Shown: one piece after another, positions 1 to 7,618 of the stretch
Numbering within the stretch: position 1 is the stretch's first letter
Layout: the number at the start of each line of letters is the position of its first letter
Assembly: GCF_000406145.1 (NCBI RefSeq)
Contig: NZ_CM001976.1
Span: forward strand, 1,814,961 to 1,831,960
Reading direction: 5' to 3'
From: Dickeya dadantii NCPPB 898
GTDB lineage: Bacteria > Pseudomonadota > Gammaproteobacteria > Enterobacterales > Enterobacteriaceae
Length of the DNA: 17,000 nt
Position numbers and translations under genes: made by a program
The notes under the pieces: model-generated
Told to the model about the DNA's origin: nothing
What the model saw: only the letters and a program-made list of their open reading frames with translations
The model's database searches: none

Positions 1-10
1 AAATAAACCA

Positions 11-169
11 TTAGCCCGCAAAACCGTGCAGCATCAGCAGGACCGGCGATGCCGGATCGCCGGCCTCACGGTAAAAAACATTAACGTCGCCTGCCTGCTT
101 ATGGTGGTAATGCACCTGTGTGGCAGGTGTGTTATCTGCTGTTGATAACTCCGAATATGAAGACGTCAT
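11..169 (-). pseudogene. alpha/beta-hydrolase N-terminal fragment ending in an in-frame TAA (possible nonsense pseudogene; region runs off the window)
   Basis: Own minus-strand translation from ATG at 169-167: MTSSYSELSTADNTPATQVHYHHKQAGDVNVFYREAGDPASPVLLMLHGFAG*WFI. The FYREAG...LLLHGF block is the usual start (HG oxyanion motif) of epoxide-hydrolase/dehalogenase-like alpha/beta hydrolases, which normally continue for about 250 more residues. AAGGGG lies 4 nt upstream of the ATG. The ORF is shorter than the track cut-off. Confidence 0.35.
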
Positions 170-259
170 AGCACCCCTTGTAACCGTTAAAATGTGGAAT
201 TGAAGGTTACATGTTATTATGGTAACCTGTCAAAATGATTTTACAAGTTACGGTTGTGT

Positions 260-835
260 ATGGAATTTAAACATCTTGCATCTCAGCCTCTCTTTCTGGC
301 CGATAACCTCGCGCTGGATTTCATCAACAGTGAATACGGGACAGGTGATGAGCGTCATGAGTGTTTTGACGACGATCTCTGCGTCCTGGAGTGGCTGGAA
401 ACGGCGGGTCTTTTACCGAAAAGCACGGAGGCCCCTCCCGGGTTACTGACTGAAGCCCGCCAATTCCGTGAGGCCGCCAGGGCAGTGGTGCATGCTGCTA
501 TGGAGTCCGTTGCAGCTGACCTGACTGTAGTTAACAGAATACTCAGGGACGGAAAGCCCGAGACGAGGCTGCAATGGGATGAAGGGACACAGCGATACCG
601 TGTTGATGTTCGTTCAGGCACGCACAGCGCCGCCAGCCTTCTCTGGCCTGTTGCCGACGAGTTGGTGAAACTGATTACTGACGACAAATTTGAATATGTG
701 CGTCAGTGCGAAGCCCATAACTGTATTCTGCTTTTTCACGATTTGAGTAAATCGCATCGCCGTCGGTGGTGCAGCATGGCGACCTGCGGTAATCGTATGA
801 AAGTCGCGGCGTTCCGGAACAGGAAGAATTCGTAA
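260..835 (+). CDS. CGNR zinc-finger domain protein (ABATE-like N-terminus), putative stress/regulatory DNA- or RNA-binding protein
   Basis: ORF 254..835. The C-terminus QCEAHNCILLFHDLSKSHRRRWCSMATCGNRMKVAAFRNR carries the C-x4-C ... C-x4-CGNR signature. ATG at 260 is preferred over TTG at 254. It is divergent from the hydrolase fragment. Confidence 0.85.
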   Translation: MEFKHLASQPLFLADNLALDFINSEYGTGDERHECFDDDLCVLEWLETAGLLPKSTEAPPGLLTEARQFREAARAVVHAAMESVAADLTVVNRILRDGKPETRLQWDEGTQRYRVDVRSGTHSAASLLWPVADELVKLITDDKFEYVRQCEAHNCILLFHDLSKSHRRRWCSMATCGNRMKVAAFRNRKNS

Positions 836-1111
836 CGACGCCAGTTCCCTCCACACGGTTGCAACTCCGTGCAGCCCGCCACGTTTGCTTCAGTAGGAAA
901 AGGGCAGACGGCGTCCGGATCCGGGTGCCACTTAAGCCCACCCGGTTTTCAGCCGTACAGACCGTATGATTTTTACAGATTTTTTTGACCTGCCCCTCCC
1001 GAATGCAGCCTCCATCCTTCACACTGAGAACGTACGGAACGCCCCGCCGGACATCGGGTTTTCGTTCCTGCACGCTACAGCGTTATACAATTTTTTTGCC
1101 CAGACAGCATT

Positions 1112-1140
1112 TTGTTATTGATTCTTAAAAATTTTATAAA
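1112..1140 (+). promoter_or_regulatory. candidate sigma70 promoter for the TetR-DUF1348 unit
   Basis: TTGTTA (1112-1117), 17-nt spacer, TATAAA (1135-1140), in an AT-rich stretch about 80 nt upstream of the TetR start. Confidence 0.3.
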
Positions 1141-1190
1141 TGCATCCTGACGGTACGCAAAAAAGATTATCGACTAACACTTGACGGAGG

Positions 1191-1206
1191 TAGAACGATC
1201 ATTCTA
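1191..1206. promoter_or_regulatory. candidate TetR operator (16-bp near-perfect palindrome)
   Basis: TAGAACGATCATTCTA versus its reverse complement TAGAATGATCGTTCTA: 14/16 positions are symmetric. It lies between the candidate promoter and the ATG at 1217. Confidence 0.35.
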
Positions 1207-1216
1207 CCATTATCTC

Positions 1217-1783
1217 ATGAACAGAAACACGACAAACACGCGGGAGAAAATTCTCGCAACCGCAGAAGAACTCATCTACCAGAACGGTATTCATGCGACC
1301 GGCATGGACCTCCTGGTGAAGACTTCAGGTGTGGCACGGAAAAGTATTTATCACCATTTCGCGAACAAGGACGAGGTAGCCGCCGCGGCGCTGAATGCAC
1401 GTGATGTGCGCTGGATGGAATGGTTCAGGACCGAATGTGACAAAGCGGATACGCCGCGGGATCGCATCCTGAATGTGTTCACCGTGCTTAAAGGCTGGTT
1501 CGAGTCGGAGGGATATCGCGGATGCGCGTTTATCAACACGGCAGGCGAAGTGGGGGATCCTTCTGATCCGGTTCGTCAGATAGCCAGCGTGCACAAACAG
1601 AAGCTGCTGGACTACGTGCTTGAGCTTACCGGCCAGCTGAATACAGCGCAGGCGTTACCTCTGGCCCGGCAGCTACTGATACTGATTGAAGGCGCCATCA
1701 CTATGTCGCGCGTCATGGGCGATTACAGCGCCGCCGATGATGCAAGAGATGTCGCTCAGCTGTTACTGAAACAGATCCCATAG
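1217..1783 (+). CDS. TetR/AcrR family transcriptional regulator
   Basis: ORF 1181..1783. The N-terminal HTH TREKILATAEELIYQNGIHATGMDLLVKTSGVARKSIYHHFANKDEV is typical TetR_N. ATG at 1217 (MNRNTTNTREKIL) gives the usual short N-terminus; the TTG at 1181 is an alternative start. Confidence 0.9.
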   Translation: MNRNTTNTREKILATAEELIYQNGIHATGMDLLVKTSGVARKSIYHHFANKDEVAAAALNARDVRWMEWFRTECDKADTPRDRILNVFTVLKGWFESEGYRGCAFINTAGEVGDPSDPVRQIASVHKQKLLDYVLELTGQLNTAQALPLARQLLILIEGAITMSRVMGDYSAADDARDVAQLLLKQIP

Positions 1784-1846
1784 CAGGGGCTGAGTTCCAA
1801 AGAGAAAACACTAACTGAAGTATCCAATTATCCTGGAGGCACCACC

Positions 1847-2323
1847 ATGTCCGATTCACAAATCCGTCCGCCACTGCCGCCGTTCACCCGCGAGTCAGCG
1901 CTTGAGAAAGTAAGACTTGCCGAAGATGGCTGGAACACCCGCGATGCCGATAAAGTGTCGCTCGCTTACTCTCTGGACACCAAATGGCGTAACCGCGCAG
2001 AGTTTGCAAATAATCGAGAAGAGGCCCGGGGTTTCCTCGAGCGCAAGTGGAAAAAAGAGCTGGAGTACCGTCTTATCAAGGAACTGTGGGCCTTTGACGG
2101 TGACCGCATTGCTGTCCGGTACGCTTACGAGTGGCGCGATGACTCCGGTAACTGGTTCCGTTCTTACGGGAACGAAAACTGGGAATTTGGTGAAGACGGG
2201 CTGATGCATCACCGCTACGCATGTATCAATGACATGCCGATTAAAGAAAGTGAGCGCAAGTTCCACTGGCCTCTGGGGCGCCGTCCTGACGATTATCCAA
2301 GCCTGTCTGACCTGGGTCTGTAA
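1847..2323 (+). CDS. DUF1348 / NTF2-like (SnoaL-fold) family protein
   Basis: 158 aa. It carries the conserved strings WNTRD...WRNRAEF...[10 protein letters not shown]...[30 protein letters not shown] that I recognise from DUF1348 proteins. GGAGG at 1835-1839 lies 7 nt before the ATG. It sits 63 nt downstream of the TetR gene (likely operon). Confidence 0.8.
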   Translation: MSDSQIRPPLPPFTRESALEKVRLAEDGWNTRDADKVSLAYSLDTKWRNRAEFANNREEARGFLERKWKKELEYRLIKELWAFDGDRIAVRYAYEWRDDSGNWFRSYGNENWEFGEDGLMHHRYACINDMPIKESERKFHWPLGRRPDDYPSLSDLGL

Positions 2324-2530
2324 TTCATTGAGTTACCCCGCGTAACGCCCGCGACTACTGTCCTGGTCGGGGCTTTACTCAGCCAGTTGATGAAAAAAGC
2401 AAGCTGGTTGAGGCGGAGAGCTCTTAAGTTTTCTCAGTGCATGGTTTTTAAGGATCAAGTACGAGCGATGTGCTTTATTCATTTAAATCGCGTGCTATTT
2501 AATAGTAAAATATGTTAATGAGGCCGTATT

Positions 2531-3538
2531 ATGAATATTAAATCTATGTTTCTGACTGCCGCAATGGCGGCCGTCTCAGCCAACAGCTTTGCCGATGCTT
2601 CACAGCCAGAGCGTCACGTGCAGGAATTTCTCAGTGCCCTGAACGGCGCCGGGGGTAAGCCTATTGAACAGCTGTCTCCACGGGACGCACGACAGGTGCT
2701 GATCAACGCTCAGAAGGGTGCCAAACTGCCTGCTGCCGACGTCGCTGAAAAAACGATCAACGTTGAAGGCGGCTCCATCAAACTTCACATTGTGAAACCT
2801 AATAACGCACAGGGAATCTTGCCAGTTTTCATGTTCTTCCATGGCGGTGGCTGGATACTGGGCGACTTTGCGACACATGAACGACTCGTCCGTGATCTGG
2901 TCACCGAGTCCGGTGCAGCAGCCGTCTTTGTCGACTATACACCATCGCCGGAAGCGCATTTCCCGGTTGCGATTAATCAGGCCTATGCAGCAACCCGCTG
3001 GGTTGCCGAGCACGGTAGCGAGATTGGCGTTGACGGCAGTCGCCTGGCGCTGGTAGGTAACAGCGTCGGCGGTAACATGGTTGCTGCCGTAGCGCTCCAG
3101 GCCAAGCAACATAAAGCGCCGGCCATCCGCTATGAGGTCATGCTCTGGCCCGTGACTGACGCGAACTTCAATACTGGTTCTTATAACCAGTATGAGAACG
3201 GGTACTTCCTGTCGCGTAATATGATGAAGTGGTTCTGGGATGCATACACCACTAAAGAAGGCGATCGTAATAACATCCTGGCGTCGCCGCTGCGCGCAAC
3301 GCCTGAACAACTGAAGGGACTGCCGCCCACTCTGATTCAGACTGCCGAACTTGACGTACTGCGCGACGAAGGCGAGGCTTTTGGCCGCAAGCTTGATGCC
3401 GCTGGCGTCAACGTGACGGTTACCCGCTACAACGGGTTAATTCATGATTTCGGTCTGCTGAACGCGCTGAGCGACGTGCCTGCCGTGCGGACCGCACTTG
3501 GTCAGGCCGCCTATGAACTGAAAGAACACCTGAAGTAA
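2531..3538 (+). CDS. secreted alpha/beta-hydrolase fold-3 (hormone-sensitive-lipase family) esterase/lipase
   Basis: HGGGW oxyanion motif (2840-2854). GNSVGG nucleophile elbow with Ser codon at 3062-3064. Downstream acid ELDVLRDEG and His in GLIHDF. N-terminal signal peptide MNIKSMFLTAAMAAVSANSFA/DA. GAGG lies 7 nt upstream of the ATG. Confidence 0.9.
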   Translation: MNIKSMFLTAAMAAVSANSFADASQPERHVQEFLSALNGAGGKPIEQLSPRDARQVLINAQKGAKLPAADVAEKTINVEGGSIKLHIVKPNNAQGILPVFMFFHGGGWILGDFATHERLVRDLVTESGAAAVFVDYTPSPEAHFPVAINQAYAATRWVAEHGSEIGVDGSRLALVGNSVGGNMVAAVALQAKQHKAPAIRYEVMLWPVTDANFNTGSYNQYENGYFLSRNMMKWFWDAYTTKEGDRNNILASPLRATPEQLKGLPPTLIQTAELDVLRDEGEAFGRKLDAAGVNVTVTRYNGLIHDFGLLNALSDVPAVRTALGQAAYELKEHLK

Positions 3539-3549
3539 CTGCCAGCTAG

Positions 3550-3578
3550 CCGGTCGGTTTCATCGACCGGTCGTTTTT
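3550..3578 (+). terminator. rho-independent terminator of the esterase gene
   Basis: CCGGTCG (3550-3556), 7-nt loop, CGACCGG (3564-3570), followed by TCGTTTTT. It starts 12 nt after the stop codon. Confidence 0.6.
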
Positions 3579-3754
3579 GCCCTCTGTCCGTTGTCCGGGT
3601 TAGCGCGGAAATTTTTTGGAACCGGACTATTGAGTATTTACATACTTCCCCCCGTTAAGCGTGCGACCTGTTACTTATCGGGGGCTTTTTTCGACACAGT
3701 AATAACGACAAGGAGCCGATTGTACGGCATGCCGTTCCGCTGCAGGTAACGAAG

Positions 3755-4479
3755 TCATATACCTGTCTGGCGGTAGCGTGACTCGAGTTTGTCGAGAAAA
3801 GTGAATAATGCTCTGTTCATTTCGCTGTAGTCGTGGCTCCGTAATTCTTCCGGTGTCTGAACGAATCGATATTCTGCGGCCCGACGTAAATCCCTGTCGG
3901 AATGCGCGATCAGCAATTCGACAAGGGACGGTGTAAGTTCCATATGGCACTGAAACCCGTAGACCAGCTCAGAATAAGCAACTATCTGTCGTGGGCAACC
4001 TTCGCTGTAGGCGACGATCTCCGCCGCGGGCGTAAGTCCCGGCATGTCGTTATGCCAGTGCCCGACATCGAGCTTATTACCGAAGTGAGAAAACAGCGGG
4101 TTCCGTTCGCTTTCTGCGGTCATAAAAACTGGAAACTTGCCGATCTCTTTTTCCGGGCTGTGCGCGAAGCGTGCGCCCAGGGCTTCCCCGATCAGCTGGG
4201 CACCAAGGCAGACGCCGATGACGGCTTTCCCCAGATGTACTACAGAGGCAATAAGTGCCTGTTCAGCTCTTGAGTCAAAATGTGCACATTCATCAGGCGT
4301 GACGGACGGATCCTGCGGCCCCCCATGACTACCAGCAGATCGATATTCCGTGCATCTTCAGGAAGTTTCTGACCCGCATAAACGCGAGAGAAGGTTACCT
4401 CATGGCCACGAATCATGGCCCAGGTTTCAAACACGCCGGGTGCTTCAAAGTGTTCATGCACAATAAAATGTACTCGCAT
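3755..4479 (-). pseudogene. class-I (GMP-synthase-like) glutamine amidotransferase, single 1-nt frameshift
   Basis: ORFs 4240..4479(-) and 3755..4123(-) belong to one gene. The N-terminal frame reads ...NIDLLVVMGG, then shifts. My translation of the other frame from about 4316 gives QDPSVTPDECAHFDSRAEQALIASVVHLGKAVIGVCLGAQLIGEALGARFAHSPEKEIGKFPVFMTAESERNPLF..., which includes the catalytic G-x-C-x-G-x-Q motif (GVCLGAQL) and runs directly into the 122-aa ORF. One nucleotide is missing in the tract ATGGGGGGCC (plus-strand C6 run 4319-4324). The restored length would be 242 codons. Confidence 0.85.
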
Positions 4480-4569
4480 AGGCTTATATCCTTCAGAATC
4501 TTGATAAGTAATTAAGTCAGGCGCATATCACCCCCTGCGAAATACCGGTCGGGTAACGCCAGTCGGGAC

Positions 4570-5364
4570 ATGATAGATGTGAGGTTTGATTTTGAAATGT
4601 CAGTAAGCATCGATAAAACGCCAAGGCACGATGACTCAACAGGCTGGTCGGCGACCGCTATTTCCTACCGGCGTGGGGAAGAAGATCCCCCTCATTATCA
4701 CCTGGAAGGGCAACTTTTATACGCTAGCAGCGGCGTTCTGCTGGTTGAGGCCGCGGGCAGGCGATGGGTTATTCCCCCTCAACGGGCGCTCTGGCTGCCG
4801 CCGTTGATGGAACACTCATACAGACTTCTGTCGCGTACGGAGCTACGTGCAGTTTACTTCAGCGGTAGCCTGATTTCTGAGTGCGCACATTTCGCAAAGA
4901 ATGACCGGGTACATGTGATCGACGTGGTTCCGCTGGTAAAGGAATTAATAGCTGGCCTGTTTATAAATGATTACCACACGCTGACGAAGCGAAAAATGGC
5001 GCTTTTACTTCTGGAAATTATCGGTGAGGCACCATCCGTACCCGCAGAACTACCGATGCCGCAGGATGACCGATTATTCCGTGCTATAGGAGAGCTGATG
5101 TCCAGCCATCGCTGGGAAACCTCGTTAACCGATATGGCTGACATAGCAAACATGTCGGAAAGGTCTTTCTCCCGCCTGTTTTCACGTGATACGGGGTTCA
5201 GCTTCCGGACATGGAAGCAGCGCGCAAGAATATACGCATCACTGGATCTTCTTTCTGAAAACGTACCTGTAAAACAGATTGCCTGGCAGCTTGGTTTTTC
5301 ATCACCGGCCGCATTTTCCGCTGCGTTTCGTGCAGTTATGGGCCTGACTCCCGGTGAGTTTTGA
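4570..5364 (+). CDS. AraC family transcriptional regulator (cupin-like N-terminal sensor + HTH)
   Basis: The C-terminus LTDMADIANMSERSFSRLFSRDTGFSFRTWKQRARIYASLDLLSENVPVKQIAWQLGFSSPAAFSAAFRAVMGLTPGEF is a typical AraC double HTH. It is divergent from the amidotransferase. An alternative start is the ATG at 4597 (MSVSIDK). Confidence 0.9.
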   Translation: MIDVRFDFEMSVSIDKTPRHDDSTGWSATAISYRRGEEDPPHYHLEGQLLYASSGVLLVEAAGRRWVIPPQRALWLPPLMEHSYRLLSRTELRAVYFSGSLISECAHFAKNDRVHVIDVVPLVKELIAGLFINDYHTLTKRKMALLLLEIIGEAPSVPAELPMPQDDRLFRAIGELMSSHRWETSLTDMADIANMSERSFSRLFSRDTGFSFRTWKQRARIYASLDLLSENVPVKQIAWQLGFSSPAAFSAAFRAVMGLTPGEF

Positions 5365-5495
5365 CGGAGGTTCAGTTGGGGGGACGGTGACAAATCGGGT
5401 ATTGACGCTATCCGGCACAGTGTCGATGCTGACGCCGCGACTATCAGGTGTTAAACGAAAAGAGACGGAACACACCGCGACTGAAAACGTAGGCG

Positions 5496-5518
5496 GCCCG
5501 GCTTTTCAGTCGCCGGGC
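5496..5518 (-). terminator. possible terminator hairpin downstream of cynS
   Basis: GCCCGGC (5496-5502), 9-nt loop, GCCGGGC (5512-5518). On the minus strand a short TTTT follows only about 9 nt after the stem, so it is weak as an intrinsic terminator. Confidence 0.35.
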
Positions 5519-5533
5519 TGAATTCTGAGAGGA

Positions 5534-6004
5534 TCAGAAAGGTTTGGTCGGCAGGTACTTGCCGTCCAGGGTGATCACCGCACGATGGCCACCATCCGGA
5601 TCATCAACTTTCTTGATATCCAGTTTGAAGTTAATGGCGCTGATAATGCCGTCGCCAAATTTCTCATGAACCAGAGCCTTAAGAGTAGGCCCGTAAACTG
5701 ACATCATCTCGTAGAAACGGTAGATTGTCGGATCGGTCGGGATGCCATCGGTAAAGCTGCCGCGGACGGGTACTGACTGCAACAGTTTAACGTCATCAGC
5801 ATTCAGATCGAGCTTCTTGCCGACAACGACTGCTGCGTCGGCAGGCAACGGATGCTGACCAAGCAGGGCTGCAGTAACGAAGGCTTCTGACAAACCTGTG
5901 CCGTCAACGATTTCGGAGAAGGAGAGTTCCTTGCGTGCCTTAGCCAGAATAATGGTTTCGGTGAGTGCCTGACGTGCGGCCTGAGTGACTTGAATCTGGA
6001 TCAT
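5534..6004 (-). CDS. cynS: cyanase (cyanate hydratase)
   Basis: 156 aa, collinear with E. coli CynS as I remember it, for example ...[22 protein letters not shown]... and the C-terminal [44 protein letters not shown]. Confidence 0.97.
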   Translation of the reverse strand: MIQIQVTQAARQALTETIILAKARKELSFSEIVDGTGLSEAFVTAALLGQHPLPADAAVVVGKKLDLNADDVKLLQSVPVRGSFTDGIPTDPTIYRFYEMMSVYGPTLKALVHEKFGDGIISAINFKLDIKKVDDPDGGHRAVITLDGKYLPTKPF

Positions 6005-6031
6005 GGTCTTTTCTCCTGGTAAGTAAGGGGT

Positions 6032-6382
6032 TCAGGCAACATGCCTGGCTTGCGAGGAAACGGCGTTAACTTCTGGATTTTCAGCAAGGGACACGAAGGC
6101 GCGGGTTGTGCCATCAAAAGTATCAATGCAACCACTCCCAATGTCATAGAGCCAGCCGTGCAGAGTTACCCGGCCTTCTTCAAGCGCCAGGCGAACGGAT
6201 GGGTGAGTCTGGATGTTAGCCAACTGAGCGATGACGTTTTCGCGCACCATAGCCGCGACTTTGGTTGGCTGATCCGGATGAGGTCGGGATTCGTTCACGA
6301 CTCTGGCCGAGTCAGCATATAGCAGCCAGTTGGCAACGGCGGGCATATGATCCAGACACTTGCAGGTGGCGATGGCCGTCAT
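6032..6382 (-). pseudogene. cynT: beta-class carbonic anhydrase CynT, 5'-truncated (C-terminal ~116 of ~219 residues)
   Basis: [35 protein letters not shown]...[33 protein letters not shown] matches the E. coli CynT segment that follows ...CGHSNCGA. The upstream part, with the Cys/His/Cys zinc ligands, the promoter and cynR, is absent. Homology stops at about 6383, where trbF-like sequence begins. Confidence 0.9.
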
Positions 6383-6385
6383 TGA

Positions 6386-6633
6386 ACGAGTCCGTCACGG
6401 TGCAGATTGCCAGTGTGGTGCGCTCCAGCGATCGATCGTTTGAAGTGCGCTGGAGCGAACAACACTTTGCCCAAGGCACTCCGTCGGAGACCGAACGCTG
6501 GACTGCCATGCTGACCGTTGTGCAGCACACGCCGCGTACCGAGCAGCAGTTACGGCTGAATCCGTTGGGCGTCTATATCAACGGCCTGTCGTGGAGCCGG
6601 GAACTGGCGATGCCGGAAGGCGGTCAGCCATGA
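6386..6633 (+). pseudogene. trbF: 3' fragment of conjugal transfer gene trbF (VirB8-like), last ~82 codons
   Basis: [28 protein letters not shown]...ERWTAMLTVVQHTPRTEQQLRLNPLGVYINGLSWSREL resembles the conserved TrbF C-terminus (..V.V.SVVR.SD.SFQVRW.E.......RWTAILTV......... .NPLGLYV....WSREL). The first ~40 codons of ORF 6265..6633 are antisense cynT sequence, not trbF. Confidence 0.75.
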
Positions 6634-6795
6634 GAACGTGGTGGTATTACGGTCCTGTCTGTTACCTGATACTGGCACTGATCGGGTGTCGTGGTATGGG
6701 AAACCGGCCACCGGTTGTCGATCTGGACGAGCCGGCTCCGACAGCCTCGGTTCCGATGCCTCCGGCCTCCATAGTGGTGGGGAAGGGGGAGAACG
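6630..6795 (+). pseudogene. trbG: 5' fragment of trbG (VirB9-like): signal/lipobox N-terminus only
   Basis: The ATG at 6630 overlaps the trbF stop (ATGA), as in trbF-trbG-trbI operons. MRTWWYYGPVCYLILALIGC has a lipobox-like LIGC, followed by a Pro-rich NRPPVVDLDEPAP...VPMPP. The frame then runs into trbI-derived sequence in another frame. Confidence 0.45.
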
Positions 6796-7347
6796 GAGCG
6801 CCTTCGTTCCGACCTGCCGGGGCCGGTGATCGCCACCGTCACCGAACCGGTCTACGACACGGCGACCGGGCATTATCTGCTGATCCCGCAAGGCTCGCGC
6901 TTACTGGGTAAATACAATAGCCAGGTCAGCTATGGGCAAAGCCGGGTTCAGGTGGTCTGGAACCGCATTATCCTGCCGGATACGTCGTCGCTGACGCTGG
7001 ATAATCTGGCCGGTGCCGACCCGGCCGGTTACGTCGGGCTGGAAGATCAGGTGGACTGGCATTGGGATCGTGTGATTGCCGGCGCGGCAATGACCACACT
7101 ACTGGGGGTGGGTGCTGAACTGGCTGCCCCGGAGAACCGACAGCATGGCGATCGCATTATTCTTGCCGGACGTGACAGTTTGCAGGATTCGGTCAGTCAG
7201 GCGGGACAAGAACTTACCCGGCGTAACCTCGATATTCAGCCGACACTGACCGAACGGCCAGGCCTGCCGGTTCGTATCATCGTCAACCGGGATTTGGTGT
7301 TAAGGCCGTATCAACCGCTGTTTTTTAATCAGGGGAGTGCGAACTGA
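6796..7347 (+). pseudogene. trbI: 3' portion of trbI (VirB10-like), about 180 C-terminal codons, no start
   Basis: The frame of ORF 6826..7347 is open from 6775. (L)RSDLPGPVIATVTEPVYDTATGHYLLIPQGSRLLGKYNSQVSYGQSRVQVVWNRIILPD...GADPAGYVGLEDQVDWHW...IQPTLTERPGLPVRIIVNRDLVL is the conserved TrbI/VirB10 C-terminal domain. Confidence 0.85.
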
Positions 7348-7360
7348 AGGGGGAATGGAC
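7102..7360 (+). repeat. left copy of direct repeat (trbI 3' end + 13 nt past the stop)
   Basis: 7117-7360 aligns gap-free with 15858-16101 (offset 8741). I count 14 mismatches in 244 nt. Weaker similarity extends to about 7102 versus 15844. Confidence 0.95.
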
Positions 7361-7458
7361 GGTGGGGAAAGAGAGGCCCGATACTGGGGAGGCAATTCGG
7401 AATATTACTCATTCCCTGTATTCAGTGCCGACGTAGAGTAGAGTTTTCGGCCTCTCTC

Positions 7459-7606
7459 ATCGTAAAAAAAGAAGTCATCCGGCAGAGAAAGACGCGTTAT
7501 ACCGAAGAGCAAATTGTGTTTGCCCTGAAGCTGGCCGAAACCGGTACGCGGGTGGAGGAAGTCTGCAGAAAGATGGGGGGTTTCTGAAGCCACATTTTAC
7601 AACTCC
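7459..7606 (+). mobile_element. fragment of an IS3-family transposase orfA (HTH_Tnp_1 type), frameshifted and 3'-truncated
   Basis: My translation from 7459 gives IVKKEVIRQRKTRYTEEQIVFALKLAETGTRVEEVCRKMG, then (after one extra G in the G6 run 7575-7580) VSEATFYN. This matches the ..R(F/Y)TEEQI...LK.AE.G..V.E.CRK.G(I/V)SE.TFY.WK.K pattern of IS3-family OrfA proteins. No orfB and no clear terminal inverted repeat are present. Confidence 0.6.
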
Positions 7607-7618
7607 AGGAGTCCATAC

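Noticed and set aside
675-1073. 132-aa minus-strand ORF, together with the unassigned 836-1180 intergenic stretch.
   Set aside because: The ORF overlaps the 3' end of the CGNR gene. I recognise no motif and no ribosome-binding site. I could not assign any function to 836-1180 and leave it unannotated.
2600-3310. 236-aa minus-strand ORF opposite the esterase gene.
   Set aside because: It is fully contained antisense within a CDS that has clear catalytic motifs, and its own translation has no recognisable features.
3648-3691. CCCCCCG ... CGGGGG followed by CTTTTTT between the esterase and amidotransferase genes.
   Set aside because: The loop is ~24 nt, too large for a typical intrinsic terminator. 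The esterase already has a better terminator at 3550-3578. It may be a weak or bidirectional element but is not supportable.
6265-6385. N-terminal third of the 122-aa plus-strand ORF 6265..6633.
   Set aside because: Only the part from about 6386 resembles TrbF. The upstream codons are the antisense of cynT, and the apparent ATG start is accidental.
7420-7440. ATTCAGTGCCGAC segment reminiscent of IS3-family (IS911-like) terminal inverted repeat sequence.
   Set aside because: The match rests on an 8-mer recalled from memory, and its orientation is inconsistent with the adjacent plus-strand orfA fragment. This is not enough to call an IS end.
7464-7471. A7G run (AAAAAAAG) resembling the IS3-family programmed -1 frameshift site.
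   Set aside because: It lies at the extreme 5' end of the orfA-like reading, not at an orfA/orfB overlap, and no orfB is present. It is most likely coincidental Lys codons.
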